64,000 nt of DNA from Yuukianura sp. NJ FZ-2021 (Eukaryota), in assembly GCA_046563655.1 (NCBI GenBank), contig CM102289.1:434001-498000 (forward strand). Reading direction: 5' to 3'. Shown here in pieces: positions 42,337 to 55,547 of the stretch (position 1 is the first letter of the stretch; each line of letters starts with the position of its first letter). The notes under the pieces were generated by a model. The model made no database searches. It was given only the letters and a program-made list of their open reading frames with translations, and had not been told where the DNA came from. The position numbers and the translations under genes are program-made.

Positions 42337-45300
42337 TTAACCCTTGATTTTAACTCCGTATTTCTTACAGGCTTCATGAGATGCAGTTGGTGGAAACTTG
42401 TACACTTGCCGTGCAATCTCCGCGCTCTCAACAAATGTCACCCCCAAACCAGCTTCCAAATGCTATGAATTTAATTAAACAACAATTAATCACTTAAATC
42501 CACAATTACTATTTTGGCGCTAATTTTTTTAAATTTGAATTTTTTACTTACCCAGTCAATGTGGCAGTGGAGGAACCATGTTCCAGGGTTGTCTGTGACA
42601 TACTGAAGGACAAGCCAAGACTTCTCCTTGCTGGACGCCGTGTCTCGTCTCACCCCGTTGAGCCTCAGTTTGGGAGCATCTCTTTCCTCCACGTAAGGAC
42701 CAACATTGTCTTCCCCTTGACCAAGCACCCAGAAAGTGTGGCCATGCAAATGCCATGGATGAGGAGAGTTGAAGAAACCGTTGATCACGAGTCGAACCAC
42801 CTAAACATCAAATTCAAATTGTTAACATTAAACAGAGAATATATACACTAAACAATATTTAAATATTGTAAACATTATTATGGGGAGTATGACTAGGCTA
42901 GTCACACGGAAGATTGCAAACTGCAAAGTCTGGTTGTTGTTGTTGGTCACTAGTGGGCCAGGAGATAAGCATTATGCAATTGATAACGGTGCCAACATTA
43001 CTTTTAGCAATCTCACATTAAAAATTACATAAATGAAGTGAACACTATGTAAGGAAGGTGAATTTGATGTAAATAATGTAAAAATTATGTAAAATTCGCC
43101 ATACCTCATTATGTACCGGCGTGTAGACGGGTCTAGCTGAAGAACCAAGTTCCATTCCATGTGTAACTTGAAACAGGAGTGGTAGTGTATCATAACCCGG
43201 CGCAGTGAACGGTTCTCCATTCATACACATGCGGGCGGGTTGGCCCGGAATCGGGCATTCCGTTGCGTTAAGGACAATCAGCCTATCGTAATGTTCGGAA
43301 GCACTGCCGTCACTTCCATCATCTGTAAAGTGAAATGGCGGAGAATCATTGTCATTGTGCATCGTGGCAACAGTTGGATCCAACGCCTCAGTCGTTGGAA
43401 GTGTCACGGTTTCCAACAACCTCTTATGCGCAACATCCCGCAGAATTTGTTCATCCAGACTAAATGGGGGCGGGTTTTTCGGAAAAAATCTCATCAAAGA
43501 TTCAATAGTTGGAATCGGCAAACCACCGGATTTGATGATGTCGTCCCACGGAACGTCATGAGCATGCGATCTTGACGAAACTGCAGCTTTGTCCGGTTCG
43601 TCTTCGTACGATAAGGGTTTATCAGGCGTACCTCCTGCTGGATCATCTTCGTATCTCAAAATAGCTTTGCCATAGTAACCCTCTGTTACATCCACAGCTT
43701 CTCCCACAGTTCTGATCCAGTACTCATTCAGAGGTTGGTCCATCGTTACTAAAACAGAAAAGCGTTGTCCAGGAACCACAAAGACGACATCAACCAGCGG
43801 CCCTTTGACTGTGTCCACTCCGTCTGTTTCAATCACCCGCATTTTGTGTCCGTCAATGCTGAAATTGTAGCTGTAGGCGCCAGAGTGGCTGATGAGTCGG
43901 AATCTGTACGTCTTGCCCCGTGTGACGTTGACAATGGACGGCCCCTGGAGGTGTTGGTTACAGATTTCACCGGGATCTGCCTTTGCGCAGTCGAATATTC
44001 CACGACCGTTGATGAGTGAAGAATTGCTCTCCGGGAAGACTGCCGTTTTCAAGTAAAAGTGAGCGACGTCTTCAGATTGTCTGTGGATCCAATCCCCGAA
44101 CGTTATAACCCGCTCGTCATGGTACGAATCTTGCCAAATGTCTTTTGGACTATTTTTGATGATGAATGGACCCCAGGCTCCATCGGTGTATTGAGAGGCA
44201 TGGTGAGAGTGGTACCTAATAGAGTTTTATGTTTATTATGAGTTAATAATTTTATTTTGTGTAATCTCAATGCTAGAGATGGCGTACCAGTATGTTCCGG
44301 ACTGAAATAGCTGGAATTGGTAGATCATGGCGGTGGTTCTGGCAATTGGGCATTGACTGATAGCTTGTGGTCCGTCGTAGTAGGGGGATAGCTTCTGTTC
44401 GATCCCGTGCCAGTGGATGGATGTGGGTATATCTTCATCTTCAATGTCGTTTGTAATGCGGACTATCATAGTTTTTCCGGTGGTGCATGTGAGAGTGGGT
44501 CCCGGGAATTGTCCATTGAAACTCGTCATTTTCTTCATAACTCCGTCGGGAAAACCGATAACGTATTGAAACCGCAGATCGTACACGCACACCTCATCAT
44601 TTTCTGCAAAAAATAAATGGATTACTAAATGTTTAATATACATATATTCATATAATATTTATCGTCTTAGAATTTGTAATAATGCTAAGTTAAATTGACG
44701 AATTTGCCTACTAAATTTTTATCGTTGTAAAATTAAAAAAAAACGTTTGATACACGATTGAAACTAGAGCCCACGTAAAATAACGTTTAAACGTTTTCCC
44801 AACTTTCAGAAACGTTTTGTAGTCGTGTCAACGTTCGGGATCGTTTTATGAACGTTTAGAAAAAGTTCTACAAACACTACAAAAGTGTTAACCTATCCAT
44901 ACATATACATCTGACGCCGTTGCTTTTACCGTAACCGCCAGCTTCATTTGCGTACTGCTTAGCATCCTCAGGATCAAAGTCGAATTTATTATGTTCATCC
45001 AAGTCATGTAACCATTCTGACCAGTATTCCGTGTTATGCTTGCTCTCTGAAAAATTATAACATGCAAATTTTCAAAAATCATAAACACTTGCATATTGAA
45101 ACTGCTTTGAATTACTGTGCTTCTTGTCTACTGAGCGAGCATATCTAGAGTTTGCTAGTTGTGACGATGCGTTGGAGCCCGTATTCGGGTAGTGTTGTGT
45201 TGGATGGAGCTAAACGAATCACATCACAGTATTGTATTACATATTATACTACTTTTATATTATTTTTACTTTTATTTTTGAACTCAAATTTAAACTCACC

Positions 45301-45380
45301 GAATGGTCGAGAGGAGTGGCATTCGAAATACCCAGAATTGTGAAGCAGACCAGGAAAGAAGCTATTTCTTTTGCCGCCAT
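42337..45380 (-). CDS. Secreted multicopper oxidase (laccase/Fet3-like), copy A, multi-exon
   Basis: Signal peptide MAAKEIASFLVCFTILG; HWHG, WYHSH, HPWHLHGH, HCHIDWHLEAGL; stop at 42337. Confidence 0.93.
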
Positions 45381-46429
45381 TTTGGCTTAGTGCTGTTGGC
45401 TTGGGCTCCCGGCAGTGTTTGATTTACTTTCTTTAGTGAAAATGGAGTTTTTAGTAACTTTTATGAAACTTGAAAAGTTGTTATGCAAAGTGGAAACCTT
45501 GGCTAACCTTCAAAAAAGAGAGAACACGGCCACTAGTTCCAGACGAAGAACAAGAAGAAGTCTTTTTAGTTGTTTTGTACTCGTAGTCTTTCCATGAATT
45601 TCCATTTACATATCTACATATTTTTGCACCACTATTTCCTGAGCAACTTTAAATTTTTGTTGGGTACGTCAAAAAGTAAACGAGTTTTGGTGACCGGTTT
45701 GCTCTATTCCAACAAATTAGACTTTGAATTCGTATTTACTAAAACTCCAACAACTGGACCTGTTTTAAAGTGTGAAATCAACAAAAAGTTTCTTTTTAAT
45801 TTTTTTTTGACAACTTGAAACTTAAAAAAAACATGTGATCACCCATCTTTTAAATATTTTCTTGATTTAGGCTTTTAAAGAAGGAAATACAATCATCAAG
45901 TTGTTCTGTTGTAGCAAGAAGAATATAAATTGTATTTAAAAAATTTAGTCACTTCTGGATTTCCTTTTAGGTTTTTGTAAATTTTGACTAACTAAGCTTT
46001 TTAACTTGTAATGAAATTTTTTATGCGACATTGTTTTATAATTGTAGCTGTACGCGATGAAATAAGGACATCGGTGTGCCCGCAATGACTAAATTTTGAA
46101 TGTGCTAGTTGCGTAGCCAGTATCTAATATTTAAAATCAAGTTCAAACTGGAAAATTGAAATGTTTGCAACGTTTTATTCACTGTGAAAGTTTGTTTGAG
46201 GAAAAAACTAAGATTTAGGCTGACAGAGTACTCAAATTGTGAAGCTACTAGGTAGTAACAAATGTTACAATAAAATTCATGTAGCTGATGTAATTTGTTA
46301 TGTGATTAATGTTATTTTGTAGTGTGATTGATGTAATTCCAATGTACTTGATCTACTTTGTGATATAATTGATGTAATTTCTAATCAATTCATGTAGGTT
46401 GTCATGTAGTTTTGTGGCACAGCTTCATC

Positions 46430-49400
46430 TTAACCCTGGATTTTAACCCCGTAGGTTTTACAGGCATGCTCGGATGTAGCTGGAGGAAACTTGTACACTT
46501 GCTGCGCAAGCTCCGCGCTCTCAACAAACGTCACTCCCAGACCAGCTTCCAAATGCTATCAGATTAATCAAACAACAATTAACCAACTCCACAAATACTG
46601 TTTTGGCGCTACTTTTTGAATTTGAATTTGGCGCTTTACCCAGTCAATGTGGCAGTGGAGGAACCACGTTCCAGGGTTGTCCGTGACATACTGAAGGACA
46701 AGCCAAGACTTCTCCTTGCTCGAAGCCGTGTCTCGTCTTACCCCGTTGAGTCTCAGTTTGGGAGCATCTCTCTCCTCTACATAAGGACCAACATTGTCCT
46801 CACCCTGACCAAGTACCCAGAAAGTGTGGCCATGCAAATGCCATGGATGCGGAGAGTTGAAGAAACCGTTGATCACGAGACGAACGACCTAAACATTACA
46901 TTCAAATTTTTAACATCAAACAGAAATCATAATAACATTAAACAAACAAATTGTAACTGAAAGAACATCACGGAAGCAAGTAAGATTAAGTAAAAAAAAG
47001 TGAGTATTAGGTATGGAGGTATGATGTATTTATATGACTCCCTCGGTACTCCTTGTACTTGAGCTTATCAATAACTCTTCCAAACGTTAAATCGTGGAAA
47101 GCAAAGTGATACCCCGATAGAATAACGTTATTTTTCTAAGAGAGACTGAAATATGCCAGACAGCGCACCTCATTATGTTTTGGTGTGTAGATGGGTCTTG
47201 CCGAAGAACCGAGTTTTATTCCATGTGTAACTTGAAATAGAAGTGGCAATGTTTGATAACTCGGCGCCGTGAACGGTTCTCCATTCATACACATACGGGC
47301 AGGTTGTCCCGGAAGCGGGCATTCCGTTGCGTTGAGCACAATCAGCCTGTCATACCGCGCAGCCGCACTGCCGTCACTCCCATCGTCCGTAAAATGAAAC
47401 GGCGGAGAATCGTTGTCATTGTGCATTGAGGCAGCGGTGGGAGCCAACGCCTCAGTGGTTGGACGCGTCACGGTTGCCAACAACCTGGCATGCTCAGCAT
47501 CTCGTAGAAGTTGTGCGTCCGGGCTAAACGGAGGTGGTTTTTCTGGAAAGAATCTCAGCAGGGTTTCATATGATGGAATCGGCAGACCGCCATTCTTGAT
47601 GATTTTGTCCCATGGAACGTCGTGAGCATGCGACCTTGACGAAACTGCAGCTTTGTCAGGTTGGTCCTCATACGATAAGGGTTTGTCAGGCGTACCTCCT
47701 GCTGGGTCATCTTCGTATCTCAAAATAGCTTTGCCATAGTAACCCTCTGTTACATCCACAGCTTCTCCCACAGTTCTGATCCAGTACTCATTCAGAGGTT
47801 GGTCCATCGTTACTAAAACAGAAAAGCGTTGTCCAGGAACCACAAAGACAACGTCAACCGGCGGTGCTTTGACTGTGTCCACTCCGTCAGTTTCAATCAC
47901 ACGCATTTTGTGTCCGTCGATGCTGAAATTGTAGCTGTAGGCGCCAGAGTGGCTGATGAGTCGGAATCTGTACGTCTTGCCTCGTGTGACGTTCACTACA
48001 GCCGGCCCCTGGAGGTAGTCGTTGCAGACTTCTCCGGGATCTGCCTTGGCGCAGTTGAATGTTCCCCGACCGTTGATGAGTGAAGAATTGCTCTCTGGGA
48101 AGACAGCAGTTTTCAAGTAAAAGTGAGCCACATCTTCAGATTGTCTGTGGATCCAATCCCCGAAGGTTATAATCCGTTCGTCATGGTAAGAATCTTGCCA
48201 AATATCTTTAGGACTATTTTTGATTATGAATGGTCCCCAAGCTCCGTCGGTGTATTGAGAGGCATGGTGAGAGTGGTACCTAATATGCAATGCACAATTA
48301 TATAGTATATAGTGCATGGTATAGTATATGGTGTATTGTATATTGTCTAGTATCGTTGTAATTTTAGTTTAAATGTGGACTTAAAATCTTATCTTGTTGA
48401 AAGTTAACACAAGAGATGGCGTACCAGTATGTTCCGGATTGAAATAGCTGGAATTGGTAGATCATAGAGGTTGTTCTGGCAATTGGGCATTGGCTGATGG
48501 CTTGTGGACCGTCGTAGTAGGGGGATAGCTTCTGTTCGATCCCGTGCCAGTGAATGGATGTAGGCGTATCTTCATCTTCAATGTCATTTGTAACTCTGAC
48601 TATCATGGTTTTTCCGGTGGTGCATGTGAGGGCGGGTCCCGGGAATTGTCCATTGAAACTCGTCATCTTTTTTAAAACTCCATCGGGAGAACCCAGAACG
48701 TACTGAATCCGCAGATCATATACGCACACCTCATCATTTTCTGCAGAAATTAAATTCAGTATAAGGTAATGTCCTCTCCAAGTGAAATGCAGATTTTCCA
48801 AATGGCCGCCATCCTTATCAGCAATTACATCTCAACCACACATTTCAACCCTGCGTATATCTCCCTTCCAAGTGCTAAAATTGTCATCATTTTTGTTTTC
48901 CAACCTACACATGCGTACACGCCTTCCAAAACCAAGTAAATTTTCTGCCGTTGCTTACCGTAACCACCAGCTTCATTTGCATACTTCTTAGCATCCTCCG
49001 GATCAAAGTCAAATTGATTATGTTCCTCAAAGTTAGTGAACCATTCTGACCAGTAATCCGTGTTATGCTTATTTTCTAAAAAAAATTTAAAATTCACATT
49101 TTCAAAAATTAATAAATTCATATTGGTAGGATATTCAACTGCTTGAATGTAAATATTACTGTGCTTGTTCTGCTTGACTACAGGGGGAAATAGGTCAGAG
49201 TGAGCATTTCTAGAGTTGGCTAGTTGTGACCATATGTTAAGGCCCGAATTCGGATAGTATTTTGGCTTCCAGAATAAATTGAACAGCATTACATTAATAT
49301 ATTATACAATTTTTGTATTCTATATTATATATGTTTTTAGTTTTTTGGTATTTAACTCAAAGTGAACTCACCGAAAGCTTTGCAGGGCTGGCATTCGAAG

Positions 49401-49452
49401 TACTTAAAATTGTAAAACAGACAAGCAAAGAAGCTATTTCCTTTGCAGCCAT
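46430..49452 (-). CDS. Secreted multicopper oxidase (laccase/Fet3-like), copy B, multi-exon
   Basis: Same four copper motifs and same intron positions as copy A; stop at 46430. Confidence 0.93.
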
Positions 49453-51347
49453 TTCGACGTAGTGCTCTTGCCTTGGACTCTGTTCAGCGTCTAATACACT
49501 CCTTTATTGAAAATGGCTTCTTTTTTTAGTAACTCTTTTTTTTTAAATTAAAAAGTTGTTTTACAAGTTGGAAACCTTGACCAACCTTGAAAAGACAAAA
49601 CAAGGCCACTAGTTTCAAATGAAGAAGAACAAGAACAAGTCGTTTTTTAGCTGTTTTTGTACTCGTCTCTTCATTAATTTCTATCTACATATGTTTACAC
49701 GACTGTTTCCTGAGAATGCTCAAATTTTTGTTAGGTACAACTTTTTCGCCAAAAAGTTGAACAAAAGCAAACGAGTTTTGTGATCAGTTGGCTAGATTCC
49801 ACCCGATTTGACGTTGGATTCTTATTAATTAAAAATCCATTAATTGGAGGTAATTACACGTGCGAGACCAACAACGATTTTTTTAATTTTTTTATGACAA
49901 TCTGAAAGCTGAAAGGATGCATGTGATTATTTAACTATCTTTTCATTGTAATCTTTAGGTTTAAGGTTAAAGAAGAAAATAAAAACCAGTTGTTGTCATG
50001 AAGGAAAAAGAATAAAATTTTGAAATTTAAAAAATTTGTTCAAGCGAAGGATTTCTTAGGTTTTTGTGCATTTTGAACAAGGGTTTGACTTCTGACAAAA
50101 TTTTTCTGCAACAATGCTCTCTCATCGTAGCTAAATGCAGGCGAGATGTCATCACTATGCAAGTAATGCCCGGGAGATTGAAAATTTCCGGTTCAAGTTA
50201 TGCCTTATTATATAGTTTATTTATAGATAATATTTATATATAATGTTTATATTTATATAGATATAATTACATTTTTGTTCACAGTGTACGTTGTGTAATA
50301 AGGTAACGTATAAGATTAATACTACTTTGAAACGACTTAAATTTCGTAGTGTCGCCTTTACGAAAAAAATTAAGTTTTTTATTAAGCTTTTAGTTTTTTT
50401 AAATGAAGGTGTGTAAATGCCGAATTTGCTAGGAAATTAAGGTTGATTTAAATAAATTAAAATAGTCGCCTTGATCATCAAAACCTTGAGTTTGTAGAAT
50501 ATTTAAATTTGTTTCTGAAAGCGTCTCTACTAATAAATTCTGGAATTCTTCTATTTTATTGCATAATTTGATGGTTAGTGCTTATTTTGAATGTCATTTG
50601 ATTATACAAGGTCATAAAAAACTAAGCTGTTTAGTGCTAAGTAAAGTGTCAAGTCATGTTTTATACTGACATTGCTTTACTCATTACTCTTGAACCAAAT
50701 GAATTTTATTCAGTATTCTGGAAATTAAAACATTTTCCTTGTCCTGTTGCCACGCGGATACTTCCCAAGGTTTGAGTATGGTTAGAACAAAAATCGTAAG
50801 ATGAAAAATGTTAACACAGCTATAAAATCTGGACTTTCGAAAAAATATTTTAAGTGAAACTGGCCAAACATGATTCAAATTGTCAAGGAATCGACAAGTC
50901 TCATATCGAAGGACAACAGGAGATTTGCGCAACCTGTTTTTGAAATGACTATTCAATCACTTATTTGTCATCCGATGTCGTCAAGGCCATTTGGTTTAAC
51001 TAAAAAAGCCTCCTATGTTGTTATGGAGACAGCACATTTCAGATATTTTTGGTAGTTTTGAAAGCGGTAGCCAGGAATACTTTGAATGAACAATTTCTAC
51101 CTAACTTTGCACACTTTGTGGTTGCAAAAACACAATTATTGACGTTGACAATTTATTATAATTGCATTTTATTTCAATGTTGTTGTATCCAGGGTCAAAT
51201 GATAAAATCTAGGCATTTGTTGATTTATTTAATAAAATGTAGTAGAGCCGATTACTGAAGAAATGTCTTTTATTAAACCAATTCCAGTTAACTCCAACTC
51301 AACCAAAATTTATTTGACAAAGTAGAATGTGAGTGAAGAAGTAGATG

Positions 51348-54300
51348 TTAGAGCTCGTCATGTGGTCCGCATGGGTATTCCACCTTCTCCCAGAATTTGA
51401 GTCGCTCTGTGTATGGCCGAACGTAGGCATGCGGATCTTTCCCAACATTCAAAAACTTCAAAGCGTCTTGGTCAATTTCTCCCTTGAGAACGATAGGCCA
51501 GCGTTGAGAATTTCCAAACGGAACGACTGGTGTCCTGAGTACACAAATTTGATTTGACAATTATCAAATATTATACAAAATATGCACTATACTATATTAT
51601 ACATAATATGCATTATACTATATTGTATATAATATGCACTATACTATATTGCATATAATATGCACTATACTATATTGCATATAATATGCACTATATAATA
51701 TTTAGCTGGATATTTAATAGTAAGGCATACCCTGTCTTAACAAAGCTTCCAATCACGGACACGCATTTCTTGGAGAATTCAACGTCATCAGCCGGAAGTG
51801 GCTGTTTTGAAGGTTTTAAAACATACGAAAGGTCCTCGCACAGAGTTGGAGCTATAACATGATAAAAAACACAAGCGTTTAGCTAAAACACGACGTTAGA
51901 TCAGACGCGTTAGTTAAACAGAAATTTCATAAGCACAAAAAGAGTATACCTGTAGCAGGTAAGCCGTATGTTACACTTATATCATTTTGGTAAGCATGAT
52001 GTTTGCTCAAATTTAAGGTAGATTTTTTAAAAATTCCTGCTTACTAAATTGTATTGCTTACTTGAGTATTACAAGTATCACTTACAGCAGATTTTGTGCT
52101 TGCCTGATTTGCGCTTACCTAATTTTGTTTATCTAATGACAATACCTCACATCTATAGCTGAAATGTTGAAGTTGTGTACTTACGTGAATATTTGTTAGC
52201 AGCATTGTCAGCGTCATCGAGTCTGTATGTGAAGTGGCCCAAGTATGTTTCAGTATGAGCTCCAACAAGTTTAGCAGTTTTGTGGATTCCACGGTAAAAC
52301 CAAGTATCGGTGAACAGATCGGCTAATTTGGCCTCGTCAGTTTTCTGTATCTCGGCAGTAGATTTCCCAAAATAGAACTTGCGCAGTCGTCTGGACGCCT
52401 CCTCCCAGCGGTTCTTGAAGTTCGGGTTTTTTTCAAAGTGGAATGCAATGGCGTCATGCTGCGGCAGATTTTCATTGAACTCCTTCACCATATCGTCACT
52501 ACCAACGATCGCTGGAAAACAACAATATTATATATTTAAGTATTATAATATATTATATAATATATTATAATAAAATGCGTATTATGAAATTATCCTATAA
52601 ACTATAAACTATATTCTAAGTGTGTGGGTTCAATTGTTTGTAGTAAGCTACTTAAATTTATTAATGTAATGAGTTTACTAGAAGCAAAGAGCAAAGTTCC
52701 TTCATCTTGAACATCCGTTAACAAAACGGGCAATTTGCTAAAATTTCCTTGGCGCATGAGCGATTCTGGCGAACTCTCGAGGAATGCTGGGAATTTTTCG
52801 CTAGGAGTTTCCAGTGATGGTCCGAATCGGAAGATATCAAATGCCCATTTCTGAAATTACAAAGTCTATAAAATACTATGGCGAACCAGTATAGTTGAGC
52901 ATGCTTGAGTAATTACTTACAATTCAGTTAATTACTTAGAGTAATTACTTACTATGAACTTAATTACTTGGAGTAATTACTTACTATTCACTTAATTACC
53001 TGGAGTAATTACTTATCAGTAAGTTAACTATATGCAGTATTTACTTACCTTAGTTAAAACTTGAGCTGGAATAAGTCTTTCAAGTGGAACTTTTCGCAAA
53101 CATTCGACGAGTACTGCACTAGTGTACGTGTCGCAATTTAATCTTTCTGCAACTTCATTTAGCGTTGGCTTTTGGTTTCTTGTGTACAACATTGGATTCA
53201 ATGGCGTTCCAGACTGGGCGTAAACACCATGAAGTAACCCTGTAAAAGTTGTATTTTACATTATCTATACCAATTTCATGTTTTTTTATCCATTTCCATA
53301 TATATCTCGATAAGCATTACTTTATCGAGTTTATCGAATTATCCATATCTTCGTTGAAGATAAAAATGGAGTTATTCGAATGTTGTAAAGACACACCTTC
53401 TGCCATTGGAGAAAGAAGCAAGTACAGTGCCGAGGCCCCACCGGCAGCATTCCCGCCAACCGTAACTCGATTCTTATCTCCGCCAAAGAATTCAATGTTG
53501 TCCTGAACCCATTTGAGGCCTTTGCAAAATTTACAATTCAAGATTTACCAAAATTTAAGTGTATATTTTCTATTTCTATAAAGCGTTACCGAGGACTTGA
53601 TCTTTCAATCCGTTATTGGCGCTAAACTCTCCATCTTGTGTGTTTAGGAATCCTGCAAAACAAAGAGTCTCTAAGAGGTTGTAACTTTTTCTAGGGCGTG
53701 CAAACAGTAATGGGGTTGCAATAATTGCAAAAATACTGTAATATTTGTAAAAATATCGAAATATAGTAACATTTGTGCCAAAAAAGAGTAGGCATACCAA
53801 GAATTCCGAGTCGGAAACTCATGGTAACGAGGACGATATCTTCGTCCATCAAAAGTTCTGCTGAGTAAGAAGTAGTTGAGCCAAAGTTGTAACCGCCGTC
53901 ATGCATAAACACAAGAACTGCTCGTTTCTTGTCATCTGCCTGATGTTTAAAATTTATTTTATATTAATACTTTATTATACTTATATTTTATTGGTTATTT
54001 GCTTAACATTAACCAAATCATGGTATTCGCAATTCGCATGGTAAACATATTCTTATTAACGTTCTCATGTTTTCGTTAATGTTCTCATGTTCTCATTAAT
54101 ATTTTCACGTTCTCATTAATGTTCTCATGTTCCCATTAATATTTTCACGTTCTCATTAATGTTCTCATGTTGTAATGTTGTAGTTTCTGCAGTTACCTTT
54201 GGTGTGTACACATTTAAGAAGAGACAGTCTTCAACTCCTGTGAACGGTTCGTCTGTGAAAGTGAGTTGCGCACAATGTGGTCCAAACTCTGCCGCATTCT

Positions 54301-54643
54301 TATATCCTCCCCACCTCGTACTCTTAACCGAAGGCTGGCAACATTTGAATCAAAAATTACTTATATTCAAAAATTTCAAAAAAAAACTTTTTTTTTTTAA
54401 TTATAAGATGTGTTAGTTATTAAGATTTTTTTCTAATGTGCTAAAAATTCCAACTTTTACCTCAAATCTGTCAGACACATCGCCATAGCGGATACCGAGG
54501 TACTGTTCAAAGCGTTGCCCACCTCGTGACGTTGCGTACCTCCCAATGAGACCACCATTCTCAGTGTCAACTTGTGGATTCGGTTCTACTTCCCCTGCTC
54601 TGGACAGGGCAAAGCAACAGACAAGGAATACTGCCGACAACAT
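51348..54643 (-). CDS. Carboxyl/cholinesterase-family protein, catalytically inactive, with C-terminal HDEL
   Basis: Signal peptide, YLGIRY, EDCLFLNVYTP, FRLGILGFL, NNGLKDQV, FGGDKNRVTVGGNAAGGAS, ends PCGPHDEL. Confidence 0.9.
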
Positions 54644-55547
54644 CTTGGATACTGACAATTGTTCCAAAAATTTCGATGGACCTAACTCTTCGTCTCACAA
54701 GGTCCTGGGCAACTAAATTTATAAATTTCCAACCTACCTTGAGACATCTTCATTTTTACTAAAACCATACTCGTTTGTCACCACCTTCTCCAAAAAAAAC
54801 AAGAAAAAATGTAAAACATTGAATCACAAATCGACCTTGGAACCACTCAAGTTTTTGCAACCATATTGTAGCAAATAACAATTTTTCAAACATGTACTAA
54901 AAATGAAAAATGGTTGAAAAGAAGTGGAAAAACTCGAAAAAGAGACGAAAACGAAAAAACTGAAATTTATTTCCCTTGTTCACTTAATTGACAGAAAATT
55001 TGCATACATTTCTGGAAACCGGCTGCCAATTAATTGTTGGTCACCAGTTTCAATCGACGACAGGTTTTTCAAGGTCACAAATTAAAATTCGATTTTACTT
55101 TTTAGTTGTAAGTTTCCGTGATTTCAGTTTGAGTTGTTGGTTTTGTAAACAGGAAAGGCATGGATTTTGAATCGACCAATCACAGCAGCCGTTACAAAAG
55201 ACGGACCAATAAGGAGGCCACAGTTCCATAAATTCCATAATTTCTATAATTTTTATGCTATATTATAACTATATTCATAATAATTTCTGTAATTCATGGC
55301 GCAAGTTTTGTATTATGGACGCTAATTCATAAAAAAAAAATTTATGAAATGTTTTCATATTTTGTACAAAATACTCAAAAACTTCCAAATTGTCACCCAG
55401 ACAACGATTAAATAGAGTCAGTTTCTAAAAAAATGTTTGAAACAAAAATTACGTGAGTCACTTGGAAAATTAAAAATTAAGGCCAAATCTTCAAATCTGC
55501 ATCTTTTCAGCGATTGATTTTGAAAAACTTTAAATTTTGTCTTTATC

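Noticed and set aside
51570..54170. Short tandem repeats in esterase introns (~51570-51700, 52905-53050, 54060-54170)
   Set aside because: Ordinary low-complexity intronic minisatellites
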